64,000 nt of DNA from Epiperipatus broadwayi. Taxonomy: Eukaryota; Animalia; Onychophora. The first letter of the stretch is position 1, and every line of letters starts with the position of its first letter. The stretch spans positions 24,552,001 to 24,616,000 of the forward strand of contig JAQFVV010000003.1 in the NCBI GenBank assembly GCA_028023455.1, given 5' to 3'. The notes below the pieces were generated by a model, which was not told the origin of the DNA, ran no database searches, and worked only from the letters and a program-made list of their open reading frames with translations. This document shows positions 1 through 13,425 of this stretch, piece by piece. Both the position numbers and the translations under genes were made by a program.

Positions 1-59
1 ATTATTATACTATTATTAAAAGAGGTATCATGAATTGATAGTTGATCGAAAGATATATG

Positions 60-2220
60 TGTGTTAGAGAAATAAGATTAGGGATTCTCAGATTAGAGAA
101 CCTAACAGACATTCCGTGTTATATAATTATAGCTATTGAAAGTGATAGATGCTGAGAATGAAAAATAAAGTAATGGAATTAAATGAGGAGGATTTATTTG
201 TGATAATTTTTATCTAGTACTAAATTAAATAATAATTTTATATTATGAACATAGATTATGAGTTTTCTGCATTAATTACTGATTTGTTTCCAGTCAGATA
301 TAAATGAGAACTGTATATAGTATTTTTGAAGTTACCACTCGAGATCAGATATTTGTAATAAAGTTGTGGAAGAAAGTTGTCTTCTTATTGTAGATTTAAT
401 GATAAATTTATCATGGAATATTTACATGACTCATCTGAGTTTGAAATTAAGACCATGTAGATTGAATGGTTTTATCAATATTATTGTTATTATTATTTTT
501 TTTTTTGAGAGACAATTTAATTACTTTCTCCAGTATCTTCTATAGTCCTAAATTGGCTAATGATGATGATCTCTGGTGGGCATTACAATTTATAGCTGCA
601 ATTTGGCACCCCGGGTATATTTGATTCTAAAGTTAGTATAAAATTCAATTGACTAGCTACTTGAAATAAATGAGAGTTTATTGAGGTTAAATAAGTGAAA
701 GATTGCACTGAGAAAGTTGAGGTTACAATATATATATATATGACAAAGAAATGAAGTCATATGTCATATGACCTAATTTAACAAGCTTGTATTACTAATG
801 CTTGAATATCCTAGCCTCTCACTGAGGAAGCCGGTAGCAGAATTTGGTCTGGGGTTGTGGATATTCTGCAAAGCTTTTTAAAAGCTTATTTGAGAGCTCT
901 ATATATAACATATATATATGAGCTTACAAAGATATTAAGGTAATTAATTGAACTTCCTATAGCTTTTCTCAAAGAATTATTGTAAGTTACAAAGATTTCC
1001 CCCTCTCAAGAGTGATTGCCATATTTTTTTAATTGTAAATATATAAATACATTTTATTATTGTTATTATTATCATATAATTCTATTCTTTAATTAAAGTT
1101 ATTGTTGTTGTTAATATTTTGTTATTTGTCATTTCTCATCTGAATCCAAGCTGATTATTTATTTCATTACTGTAATAAATTATTAGGTGGAGGGGAGTAA
1201 CAATCAGGAAATATAATTGAATCTGCATGAAAACTTGTTTTTATGTGGGTTCAGTTTGATCATTGCTTGTGACTATTGTTGACTTAATTAAAATGTTGTA
1301 TGTGATCACTCCACCATGTACATGATCATCCAGTAATTAGCTTTAAATTCCCCTAGACTAAAATTAATTTGCAAATATTGTTTTTTTTACATTTTATTGT
1401 TAACTTGATTATTACCAATAGCCAAAAGGGTGATTACCATCACAATATTATATATATATAGTAACCAGTTGACTACATGACTGCACTAAAAGAAAAAGAT
1501 AATAAGAATTAGATAGTTGGAGTATATTCCTCAGGTTTAATTAAAGGATTATTTTATTAATGGGCGAAAGTAATATTTAATTTTCTTAAAACTATTTTTT
1601 AAAGGGTCATTATTTAACTCAATATTTTTAATATATGATAGTGTGAGAATTTTCAAACATTTAATTTGTTAATGGTAATATGATTTTAATATGAAATTAT
1701 TTTAATAAGTTATAAACGATTATAAAGGAGAGAAAGAGAATTGTGAAAGAATGTAAACAAGTTTTTTTTTATTCTCTCTCTATGTAGTAGTTATAATTAA
1801 TTAGTAATTTTAATTTAAACTATGAAAATGTCCTAAGAAAAGAAACAAATTCTTTTTCTTTGGTTTTGTACCTTATTCAATTAAAGATTAAAATTAAGTT
1901 TTATGTTTAAGTGTTGTTTTTTTTAAATTAGATTTTAATACCTTTGTAAATTTTATTTTTTAATTAGTTATTATTCAATGTCTTTGATTAAAGAAGTAGA
2001 TAACTGAACAATTGTATCTATGTGAATTTAATTAATTGGTTGTTATGGAAATTATCATGTGAGAGACAGATTGTGGTTGACTTGTGGGCAAGATTGTTCT
2101 AGAAAAATATAAGATGGTCAATAAATGAGAAGACACTAGTGAGTAGAAGATTCCTAATTTAGTTGTTGAATTAAAGAGCAGCCCAAGCTTAATCCAGTTG
2201 ATAAAGAAAAAAAGAAGCAT
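60..2220 (-). pseudogene. Heavily decayed LINE fragments (APE endonuclease and RT pieces)
   Basis: Minus-strand remnants include LGEFKANYW (about 1370; GDFNAH-like) and RT-like segments near 100-400 and 2030-2220, with many stops and frameshifts. Confidence 0.35.
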
Positions 2221-3229
2221 AAGTCTTTAATTGAATAGAATAGCAGAAGTTTTAATCAAGCTTTTAGCATACTGAGTTTAGCCCTAAAAATGGTTTGTAC
2301 AATAAAAACTATATGCTAAATTCAGCTAAAAGCTAAGCATCACTTTCCTCTACATGACCTACCTTCACTGGAAGAAAATGTAGGAAAAATCCCTCCTAGT
2401 CTGCAACCCTTCCTTTGATCAAGAGCATGAGTCTCTATATACATCTGTCTCATTTGAAAATTCAAGATGAAAACCAAATGGACAAAATTTACTATTTTTC
2501 ATTTACTTGGAATTGCTATTGACCCAAGAAAGGACAAATTTAACCAGACCCATGTTTAGAAGCCTTGAGGGAGAAACTCCACCAGAAGCAAATGGAAAGG
2601 CTTCCATAAACAAGAAAGCCATTGCTAGGGGTATTATGTTTTTATATGCACACACTATTTTTTGTTAATAAACAAAAATAAATTTTTTGTTTCATAAAAA
2701 TAATAATTTGATTTTTGTGTGTTGTGTAAGAATTGATAATAGTAAATACTTCATTAAGTTAAAATATTTCAAATTGTTAGACTTTTTTTTGTTTTTTTCT
2801 AAAACCAAGTCAAATTTCTATTACAAATGCTGAAATAGTTTTTAAGGAGAGAAAAAAACATCTGTTGTAAAGTTTTAAAAAAATTTTCTTGTTAAACTGA
2901 ATCAAAATGAATCAAAGATTGTTATCTTTGATTCTGAACATGCCAAAGATTGTTATCTTTGATTCTGAACATGTTAATTAATTCTTAAATATTTAAAACA
3001 AATTGAACCAAAATTGTTATTTTTGATTTTGGAAATATTGTACAAATAGAAAGAAGAATCTAAACTAGTTAAAAAAACAGCTTAATGGATTTAGAATTAA
3101 TCCATGATTAAAATCAACTAATTGGTTAATATAATTTTATCAATCTGTATATATTTTTTTGATGAAGTGGATGTTTGAAATTATCTACTATCATGTCATT
3201 TTTGTTGTTAATTGTTTTTTAAACTAAAA

Positions 3230-3960
3230 TTGTTTTTACTCTTAGTTTATTTATTGTATCCAATTCCTGTTTCATGAATTGTAGTATGTGTGACCTTATG
3301 CCATGACAGCTTATATTCTAGGATTTATTTTTTTGATGATCCCAATAAAATGATTTTTTATAAGTAAGGGAATCCTATGATTTACTTAAGGTTATTTATT
3401 ATAAGCTACTTTATTTATTTCTCTTTTGCTCACAGTAATTATAGAATTCTTGCTTCATGAGCTAGATTCATGCATAACACCTATATAGAAAGGGAGTATT
3501 CTGGATCAGTGCAAAGAGAATATTCTTTATAGTCCATGCTCTACAGGTTATTTAGTTTAGTCTTTATTAGACATTAAGTTTATAGTTGGCCAGTACATTA
3601 ATGGTACTAAGTGGCCAGAGGATTGATGATGATCATCATGTTTTAACATCTCAACATTATTGTTTTGATCATGTATTCTGATGGATTAGCACTTAATTGA
3701 TGCATTCAAACTATGTTTAAATAATTATCCCAAGCTGGCAAAGGCTAAATAGTTGGCCTGATCTATGGTAGACCCATTTCAAATCCAGTCACCATATTTA
3801 CTGTTGATTTATTTTGATTGTTGATAATTCACGATACTTATTTCTAATGTTGGTGAACTTACAGTTAATTATGCTTCGACTTAAGATAGTTAGCTGCTAA
3901 TCTCTTGGAGTGATTGCTCATGCTCATTATTTTATATTAAATATTGATAGTTAATTTTAT
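3230..3960 (-). pseudogene. Decayed LINE 3' region with RNase H-like and GHT-motif remnants (I/Nimb/R1-like)
   Basis: Minus-strand remnants resemble IYTDGS (about 3780), the W-P-H-G-GNE segment (about 3600) and RLRIGHT (GHTYY, about 3290). All are broken by stops. Confidence 0.3.
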
Positions 3961-6499
3961 ATTTATTTTGAACTAGTTTGATGATGATTTTCCATCACCC
4001 CAGGTTCAACCCCAAAATGATAGCAATACAAATGTCACTCAACTTATGGGATCTCTATTTCCATACTGTTACAAATGAATACCCAATTGTGGGATATTGT
4101 AACTGTGGGTTTTCATGAATTAAACCCTGGTTTTTCATTAGCATTATAATATATATATATATATATGTTGTAATGGACAAAAGATTTGGGATTTGCATAT
4201 ACTGACCACAAGAGTGCCACTAGTCTGAAAATCAGAACTAGACATTTATTTTAAGGGTAGACAGGATATGCAACCTCAATGCGCTGAACTAAAATCAGGG
4301 AGAAACAAGAAATCTTAAGTATTGTTTAGACAATTGAGAAATAAAAATACCAAGACAAACATCAGTCAAATAAATTTAAACAATTTAAAATTTTTATTAA
4401 AAGTTTAAACAATGTTAAAAAAAAGAAATCCAGCCACGAATACAAAAGTGACTTGGATTTGAATATGCATATGAGTACGGCAAACATGAAAACATTAAAT
4501 GCTTTGGCAGCAAAATTCTTTCACCTAAAAACAAAAGAAATGGATAGGATTCCTGCTGGTGATTTATAAAATTACAAAAAAACAGCAACTCTAGTTTCCT
4601 GATTCAGAGATATGAAAATAGTTATTGTCTTGTAGGAAATCAATGAAACCAGTGTGGACGATCGATCAGTAGATTTCTAAGTACTGACGTTAGAATGCCG
4701 CAGGACTGCTGCATGTAATACTACTTTTAAAGCAAATGTGGTTGATTTCACAAACAAGACAACAAAAAAATATATGATTACAATCTTACATAATCTAGAA
4801 AGAAATCTCTACTTTCAGAAAAGCAGAACAATAAATAGCCAGCCAAAAGATTTTGCGGTTTGCATAAAGCGCAAACTAAACGTATTGAAAATTAATGATT
4901 TTACAACCAACTAAGGGCAGGTAAGTAAATAAAAATTATGAAGACTGCCAAAGCATTTAGCAATAGTTAGTGAAATGATTAGACATATTAGGAATATAAA
5001 ATATAATCTCACAGTGCACCCTCTGATAAACAAAAATTGAAAACAAACTTGGAATCTTAAAACTAAGATTCCAAGACACTATAAATACTAGAAAAAGTAA
5101 ATACAGATAATGAATGTTAGATTAACTAATAAATAAAACTTTATATATCACACTTATTTTAGATTGAGTGGAGATTTAATTAGAAGCAATTTATTTACCC
5201 TGGCGAGAATAAGAAAAAGTTTACCTTATGGTAAGGCAGAGTTCAAGTAGTTTTCTGAAGAGTGTGCACTTTTAATAAGTTCATATTTCAGGTGACTTCT
5301 CTTTATGACAGAGGCAAATGTTGAGGCAAATTGGGAATCCAGCTTATGTTAAAGTTTTATGGCATCATGAAAGAACAGCTTAGAGTTTGAGGTTCATCCT
5401 TATTTAAATTAGCAATGCATATTGCTGTTTACACCATGTATAGCAGTGTATTTTGACATTGTGAAGGCAAATTAAAAAAAAAAACTTAAATGTCTGAACT
5501 GCCAACAGAATGAAGTTCAACAGGTTAATCATTCTGAATATTAGAAATAAGAAGCTGAACCAATCACTTTGATGGAGTATTTGCTTGGTCAAGACTCTCT
5601 AGAATAATCCATGAAATTTTGGGGGTTATTTATACCCACACTCAATTTCCTGTGAAAACTTGTCCTGCTGTCAAATTCTACCCCTGAGGGCAGGGCAAAT
5701 CTTAATTTTCTGCTCAATCTGATTTAGGAATTCCAACCAGGAATTATTTTAACTAAAACAACAACACAAAATTAAATCTCCACTTTTAGAATTAAATTAG
5801 AACTGATTAAAATAAGAGACAGGAATGTAATCAACATGTTTGCTTGTTTTTAATTAAATTGATTTAAAAAAAGTAAAAACAAGCGGTAACAGAAAACTAT
5901 TTTGAAATCAATTTTATATATACAAAAAAAATTTTTTTAAGCACAAACGAGGATGATAAGTACTCTTTTAAAATAATTTTTAAATGACTTCAGATTTAAA
6001 TTTGATCACTGCAAGTTAGTTTTATTTATTTATTTGATTTAAACAACGATTGATATGGACTGCTCTGTCACAATATATATATAATACACAGTGACAACAT
6101 ATTAAAATGTATTTATCATTAATCTTGATTTGAAATTTAATTTAGAGAAAAATGAAAGTTTAGTTTACATTTAATAAGCTATTTTATTAGACCTATTTTA
6201 TCCGTTTATAAAATGAGTAAAGTACCAAAACATACTTAGAGTTATATTAATACTTTGTGATTTTGATGGTTCAAATGCAAAATACTTGGATAAAATATAA
6301 TAATATTTCTACTAAAGTTTGAGATTGTGAGTAATAAGGAAATAAGATTAATAGCAATCTGGGCATAACTAATATGTCAAAAATATGGGAAAAATTCAGG
6401 AATTTTAGCAATGAAAAGGATAATTCTTCAAGAGAAATGTTATTAATATATTGGTTTAAGACTCAAAAAAAAAAAAAAAAAAGAACCACAGTTGCAGAT

Positions 6500-7450
6500 A
6501 ATGATACATATTATTAATAATTGCATTTTAAAGGGTGATCATTTATCCTCAAGTTTGAAAGAATTTTATACTTAACTTTCCATGTAAACAAGAAGGAAAC
6601 ATGTAGACTGAACATACTCTTGTGTGATTATACTCTGAAATACAATTAATTTATTTTCTTTATCTAACAAAGGCATAAACAAAATAATTTCTAAGGACAA
6701 TCTTGGATTTCATGCACCAATAAATGATGGACTTGAATATGCAATTTGGAAATTTTAATATTTAAAGACTTAAAATTTAGTGTAATAATTAGTTTCTACA
6801 GAATAAACACTAAATTTCCCAAGAATATGTTTAAAATAAGATCTACTTGAAATTGTAATAAAAATAATTTAAAAACAATTTCTTGTTTCCTTAATATTTT
6901 ATTTTAGAATATTCTCCATAAGTAATATTATGTGATTACTCAAACTCAATCCTTTTAGTAGTTTCTCAACAGGTCACATAATCCTCCAAATAATTACAGA
7001 AGTCTCAAAAAATAATATATGAATAGGTATTAAATAGATCAGACTTATCAATAACTTAAAACATGGTTTCACTGTATAATGAATGCCCCTTTTTTGGATG
7101 TTCATCCAATAACTTCAAACAAAGAGATAATTATGTTAAATAGCATCATAGAAGGTTCCAGATTTCTTTTTCCAGATGCAACAATAAAGCAAGCGAGATT
7201 TAATCTTTCTAGAAATTGCTGGAGTTTTACCAATAGATTTAAAAATATTCACAGTTTGTGCTTATTTGCTACATAAAGAGAATTTAACAGTCTTTGACTT
7301 ATGAAAATACAATTAAACCACAAATATCACATTGATATTAATTGTCAATTCACTTCAATGACAATATTAAAGAACTTAATAAATTCACAAATGCATTTAC
7401 CTTTTGGTTTGAATATCTTTATAATAATTATATAGCTGTCTTTCAAAAAG
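6500..7450 (-). pseudogene. Possible decayed piggyBac-like transposase
   Basis: Minus-strand LLDEHPKKGHSLYSETMF (about 7070-7125) resembles the KGHxLYxDNFY motif. Support is otherwise weak. Confidence 0.2.
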
Positions 7451-7749
7451 AATCCATAGGTCACACATGTAAATAACTAGAGACGCAGATCCTCATGCAT
7501 CCACCTACCATGCTCATGATCTGAACTTATGAATATGAATCAAATAGGACTTGCAAAACTTTTAGATTTCAAAAGAGGCTTTAGGGATGTTTAGGGATAT
7601 ATATATATATATATAATAAAGGGAATAAATCATTCTCCCACAAGCTATGAACTAAAAATAGCCTTGTATAATAGATTATTAGTTTAATAAATATTAAGTG
7701 CCACATTCTATATGGTTGATACCTTAATTTCACTCTGAATTCCAACAAT

Positions 7750-8905
7750 GTTATGCTTATAAACATCAATACTCCAAGAATAGGTGGATTCATTCTATTT
7801 TTGATCTGTGATGGCTTGTGAAATTTTTAAGCAGGAGTACTTTATTACAATATAACTGGCAAAAGTAAGCAAGGAAAACTAAACAAGGCATTTCTAATTT
7901 TGCAACTATACAAGCATTTTATTTTGCTATACCAATCATTGCTAAAAGATCTAATGTATTTTTTATTTTTACTAATTGCTCTCTTTCAATTTGCAATATT
8001 TTTACATTATTATAATTGAAATTAAAACTATATATACATGATTTATTATGGTCATAAAAAATGGAAGCTGAAACATTATTATTATCTTTGCAATTTTGTT
8101 TCATATTTTGAACCGTTTTTAATAAAAACAAGAGCTCTTTAGTTATTTTCTCCAATGTACATCTTGATTCCCCTATATATATGCTAGCACACCTATGTAT
8201 CCATTCATAAATAATGCAATTTTTATTTATAAATGAGGTTTTATCTTTAGTTATTTATTAATTTATTTAAAGTAGGAGGTGCATAAAATACAATGTCATA
8301 TATACCTTTATAAATTTTCCTTATGAAATTTGCTTATTGATTGGAAATATAAGGTATTGATATCCAAATTTTTTTTTTAGTAGAAGAATCAACCTTATTA
8401 ATAACATTTTTATTTTTATATTTCATATTAAAATTTTTAATAGTATTATAAATAAGATTGTAATTATAGCCAACATTTAACAAATTATTAGAATACATTT
8501 CAATACTTTTGCCAAAGATTATCATTTTTAAATAAGAAGGACTTCAAACCTCCATTTTATGTGACTTTGGTACTCTTGATTTATATGATATATAATGTTT
8601 TGTTTCTATTGGTTTAATAGTCATATAGTAATCTAGCTTACATCTATATGTAGTTATCTTAAGATCAAGAAACTGAACACACCTTAAATTTTCATCTGTT
8701 TTGATCCATTTTAAGCCATTTATATTATTTAATTCTTTAAACAATTTTTTAATTGCATTTGGCTTGCCACAAACAAAAACATCATCAACATAAAGTAATA
8801 TTTTTTTGATAATATTTTTTTTTCAAAATATTTTCCTCATATGTAGAAATTACTTAAATTACATATTTAGGCAACTGTAGGCAGACCAATTGGCTAGTCA
8901 TTACC
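7750..8905 (-). mobile_element. Penelope-like element fragment A (RT core, thumb, degenerate GIY-YIG)
   Basis: YVDDVFVC at about 8770-8792, then VQFLDLKI...KPIETKHYISYKSRVPKSHK (8544-8744) and NVGYNYNLI...ISIPYISNQ (8334-8525). Confidence 0.8.
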
Positions 8906-9089
8906 CATTTTATAAAAATCCTTCTTTAAAACTGCAAAGACTACAAGGATAGTCGAAAGCGCTCCTAAGTGACGATTATATTCTTTATATTTTTCAAATT
9001 TTTTAATTACTGTGTTTACTAATATTCAATTATATGATTCCATATATTGCTTCGAAGAAATACAGACATCAATTTATAATATTATTATA

Positions 9090-10017
9090 TACATATAATA
9101 ACTAAATAGCTGGTAATTCAGTACAATAACAAGTACTTTCTTCACAGCTCCTTCTTTCTCAAATCATAAGAATGGGTATGGTGAGATTTAAAATTGTTTT
9201 TTTTTCTTTTGTTATTTTCTCCTCATTCTTAAATTCTATTGGTTGAGAAGTTTTAAAAAATATTTAATCCTTCAAATAGCTTTTTCTAAATATTGTTAAT
9301 TTTGTTTCACACTTTTTATTTATGCTCTGCCAGAATGTGTTTTATTAAAATTGATGTCATGGTTTGTTTATTAATGTGTGAAAAAATGTCTAATGAATTA
9401 GATTTTTCTCTAATTGCCAAAATGTTTTCTTCCTTTCTTATGTTTATTCTACTGGTCTCTTCAATATATTAATATAAACAAACTCCACATGGAATTTCAT
9501 ATACTCCACAAGACTGCAAAGGAATTTTATCTTTAAAGTGTGGAAATACTTTATTAATTTTTTTAAATGTAATATAAATTGCATGGATATTCTTTTTCTT
9601 TGAAACATTACTAATTTTGTCCTGACTCCCTTTATGTATGGCAAAAGTCTTAATTTTGAAGTATCAAAATCTTTTTTATCATTATATAAAATAGCCCTAT
9701 TAATAATCTTGCAATGAAAACTATTATGAAGAAGCATTTTTTTAATAGTGTAGATATCTTGGTGAAAATGGCTGTCATAGGAAAGTCTCTTAGTTCTATC
9801 TAATAATGTCTTCGCCACTAAAAAAAGCTATTGAAGGATAAAATATTTTTATAACTTCTCAATCAATAGAATTTAAGAATGAGGAGAAAATAACAAAAGA
9901 AAAAAGTATGATTTTAAATCTGACCATACACATTCTTATACTTTGAGAAAGAAAAAGCTTTGAGGAAAGTGCTCATTATTGTACTGAAATGTCAGTTATT
10001 TAATTATTATATTTTTA
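9090..10017 (-). mobile_element. 5'-truncated Penelope-like element B with inverted terminal (pLTR) copy
   Basis: ORF 9444-9818 (KTLLDRTKRL...LLPYIKG) is followed by frameshifted SCGVYEIPCGVC..YIEETSR, a GIY-YIG motif. About 200 bp at 9090-9288 is inverted-repeated at 9819-10017. Confidence 0.85.
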
Positions 10018-11320
10018 TTACATGAAAGTTCCTGGAAATAATACGCTGAATTCATTTATCCGTGAGAATAATAGAATATATATATTCAAATATTTCATAT
10101 GTAATAAAACAAAGCTGGAATTTTATAATATTGAAAATATCAATATACCAAAAAACATTCTGCTATCTCCATTAGCACTTATATGTAATTTTAAAATGTC
10201 ATGCATCATACATATAAGTATGTGCTGTATACTAACTATTGCTGATATTTATTTTATATATTTAATATCTGAAAAGCAATTATCTTTATCTATCCTAGAG
10301 CCATCTACTGTAAGCTTGAGTAGTCAATGAACCCAAAAGATATAGTGTTATAAAATGCTATTTCAAGATTCTGGTTTTTGGCTTTATCCGTCAAAATTGA
10401 AATTCAAAGCTTATACTTATAGTAGCATATTTTATCATCAATGATAACAATGCGATCAATAGACGAGACACATGTTTTGCTATCTCCAGAAAATGGACAA
10501 GTTAATTTACATATGCATTTACATACATTACCAATTATCAATATCACAACAACGATTTAAAATGTTTTGGCCATAAATATGAGGGATTAAACCTAGAAAG
10601 CGCTAGGCCTGCATTAATTTATTTTGATTGTTTGTTGTTGTTGTTGTTGTTTTTACTATTAACAGCTTCTTCACCCAGCATGTTAAAGCACTTGTATATA
10701 CTATCATTTAAGATAATAATCTGAAATTTTATAGCATTCTCATGTTAATTAATTACTCAGTCTTGCAGTAGATGTTTCTAAATTGGGGTGAAAATAAATG
10801 CTCTTGGAAGCATATGAGTCAGCATATAAGAAGTTATATAATGTTGTTATTAGTATATGTTAATTCCAGTTTTGTTCATTATATGAGTAACAATCCATCA
10901 AGTGTATCTTTGTGTATATATATAGTTAAAAAAAATAGTAAAAGAATTTGTAAAGAAAAGATTCCAAAAGATCATGAAATAAAGTTATACATTTTATATT
11001 TGTTTAAATAATACAGTATACCCGAATAATTCTAACTTATAAGAAAAAAAAGTTATTGTTTTTAATTATCATTAAAGTGTTTTTTTTTTAAGAAATAAAT
11101 GTGATTTTTTGTACTTTTAAATGTGTTGGAACTATTTTACAATTTCAATCTACATTGCATACAGAGTAACATCTATCTTTTTTACATAAAATTAACTAGA
11201 GCCTATTATAGCAATAATACAATATATATAAGGAAAAGAAAAAAAATCCTATATAAATGTATAACACATAATTTTCCATTTATTTATTATTAGCAAAGTA
11301 TTAGTTAAATTAATTGATGT

Positions 11321-11593
11321 CTATATTTTCATACAATCATGTATGTTATAATTAATGTAATTGGTTTCATATACTTTTCTTCTATTAGGTTCTTTAATAT
11401 AGTTTAAAGCTTTTATATTTTTTACACAATTTATTTTGTGTCTGTATTTCAAATAATGAATATATAAAGTAGATTTATCATCTCTTCTATTAATTGCATT
11501 ATTATGTTCCTTTGCTCTCCATGTATATCCATAGTAAATCATAATGCAATTTCCACAAGTAATTTTATATACAATTCCTTTTTTATATTTCAT
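11321..11593 (-). mobile_element. Penelope-type GIY-YIG endonuclease fragment
   Basis: KKGIVYKITCGNCIMIYYGYTWRAKEH...STLYIHYLKYRHKI...RRKVYETNYI, a PLE GIY-YIG with the CxxC spacer. Confidence 0.85.
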
Positions 11594-13425
11594 ATCATCT
11601 CTTATTTTATAATTACCTGTTAATTTATCAAGATTTTTACTATTTGACTAACCTATGTTAATGCTTTTATCTATATAATTTTTATTTTTTAGTAATGTAT
11701 AATAAATTTTAGGGAAGTATGAATGTTTTATCCATTTTTATTTTTATTATTCTTTGAACTGCTATTATTATTTATAATAGAATTATTATTATTTAAATTA
11801 TGTTGTTTATAATTAAAAAGTCTGTTTTCAATTCTCTTAGGGTTATATCAATCATTTTTGCATAATTTAATAAACTGTTTTTTTTTTTTGTTAAGTAGCT
11901 ATGTTTTATCTATATTACATTTATCATTTTTATGTTTTAATTTTTTAAAAACTGTCATCTTTTGTTATCATTTATTTATGATAATCTAGCTAGATAGCTA
12001 ATGCATCCTACTCTTTAATTATATTTCTAAATTCAACATACTCTTAAAACATATGATTTATATGTAAAAAGCAAATAATCTCCCAAGATGTATTTCTGGA
12101 TTTAAATGTAGTAATTGTATTTTATGAAGTACTTTAATTATATATCTAGTTATATTGCTACTTGATTTTACCTTAAAGGATTCTATGTTTTATTATTAAT
12201 TTATTAAATTGTTTAAATAAGTGACCTCAGTGTCATAAGTCTTTATATTTTGCCCAGGCTAGATCTGGTCAGAAATGGAATGAAATAAACCATATTAAAA
12301 AAGGTATCACACAGTGGTATTTTTTAAAGATTAATCAAGATGATTCATCATCTTATATTCTAACTAATGACATGATATCCACATGATATAGGATTAAAAA
12401 CATCATAGGATAATAAAGTGCAATTCAAACATAAACCAAATAAATATAAATATTTGTCATATAATTATGATAATCTAGCTAGATAACTAATGCATTTTTC
12501 TCTTTGCTCTTATTACAATTATTGGAATCATTGTTGTGATTACATTTTTGATGACTAAACTTCATACATCTCCACTGACACCATTTCCAGTTAAATATAA
12601 TTATGCAATCTTTATCAGCATTTATATTCCAGATATATGTAAATAGTGCAATAAGTTTTGGCATTAATTGTATTATTTAATCTTTATCATCAAATCATCA
12701 TCAATACTAGATGATCTGAATTCCTTGACCTTACTCCCATTCATTTCTAACTTATTCCTGTTACAATATTGTAAATGTGAATAAACTAAAAAAAAAATAC
12801 AGGACAAAAAACCAAAAATTAATATTATTCTGGGTAATTTAAATGTACATGGAGTTAAATAAATAGATATTTCAACTTTTTTCAGGAGCAATAATTCATT
12901 TTTTTACTTCAGAAATATCCATGTTAAGCTTGATTAATAAATTGATTCTAAGTAAAAGTGCTATAATCAAATCCTGAACTAGTTTCTCTATTTATGGCCT
13001 TCATCAGTGAAGAGTTTAAGCCAGTATATCTATATATCCAACAGCCACTTGGAATTATTTATATTGAGTATCTAAGCTTGCACTAGATCATTTTGAAATA
13101 AAAAGGAGAAACTATTGCTCCTTCAAGACATATAAGATGTAAGTAAAAAATGTTTTGAGATTTGATGTTTTGTTGCTATGTACCAACTTACACAAAAATT
13201 ATGGAATTTTTCATCTTAAAAATATCCACAAATCTAAAAGAAAAAAGAAAATATTAAAATTATACATTTACATAGGTATGTTGACAAAACTACCACATAT
13301 AAATGAATAAAACTATTCAAAGATTTACATAATAATTTAATTCCAATGTCAGTAATATTTAAACACTGCCACTCTCATCATCTTTTTAAAATCTAATCCC
13401 AAGGACTGACCAAACACATGTATAG

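Noticed and set aside
2913-2973. 30-bp tandem duplication (CAAAGATTGTTATCTTTGATTCTGAACATG x2)
   Set aside because: Only two copies and no spacers; an ordinary slippage duplication, not a CRISPR array.
12673-12760. Candidate minus-strand terminal exon (RNKLEMNGSKVKEF...)
   Set aside because: No recognisable protein and no linked upstream exons.
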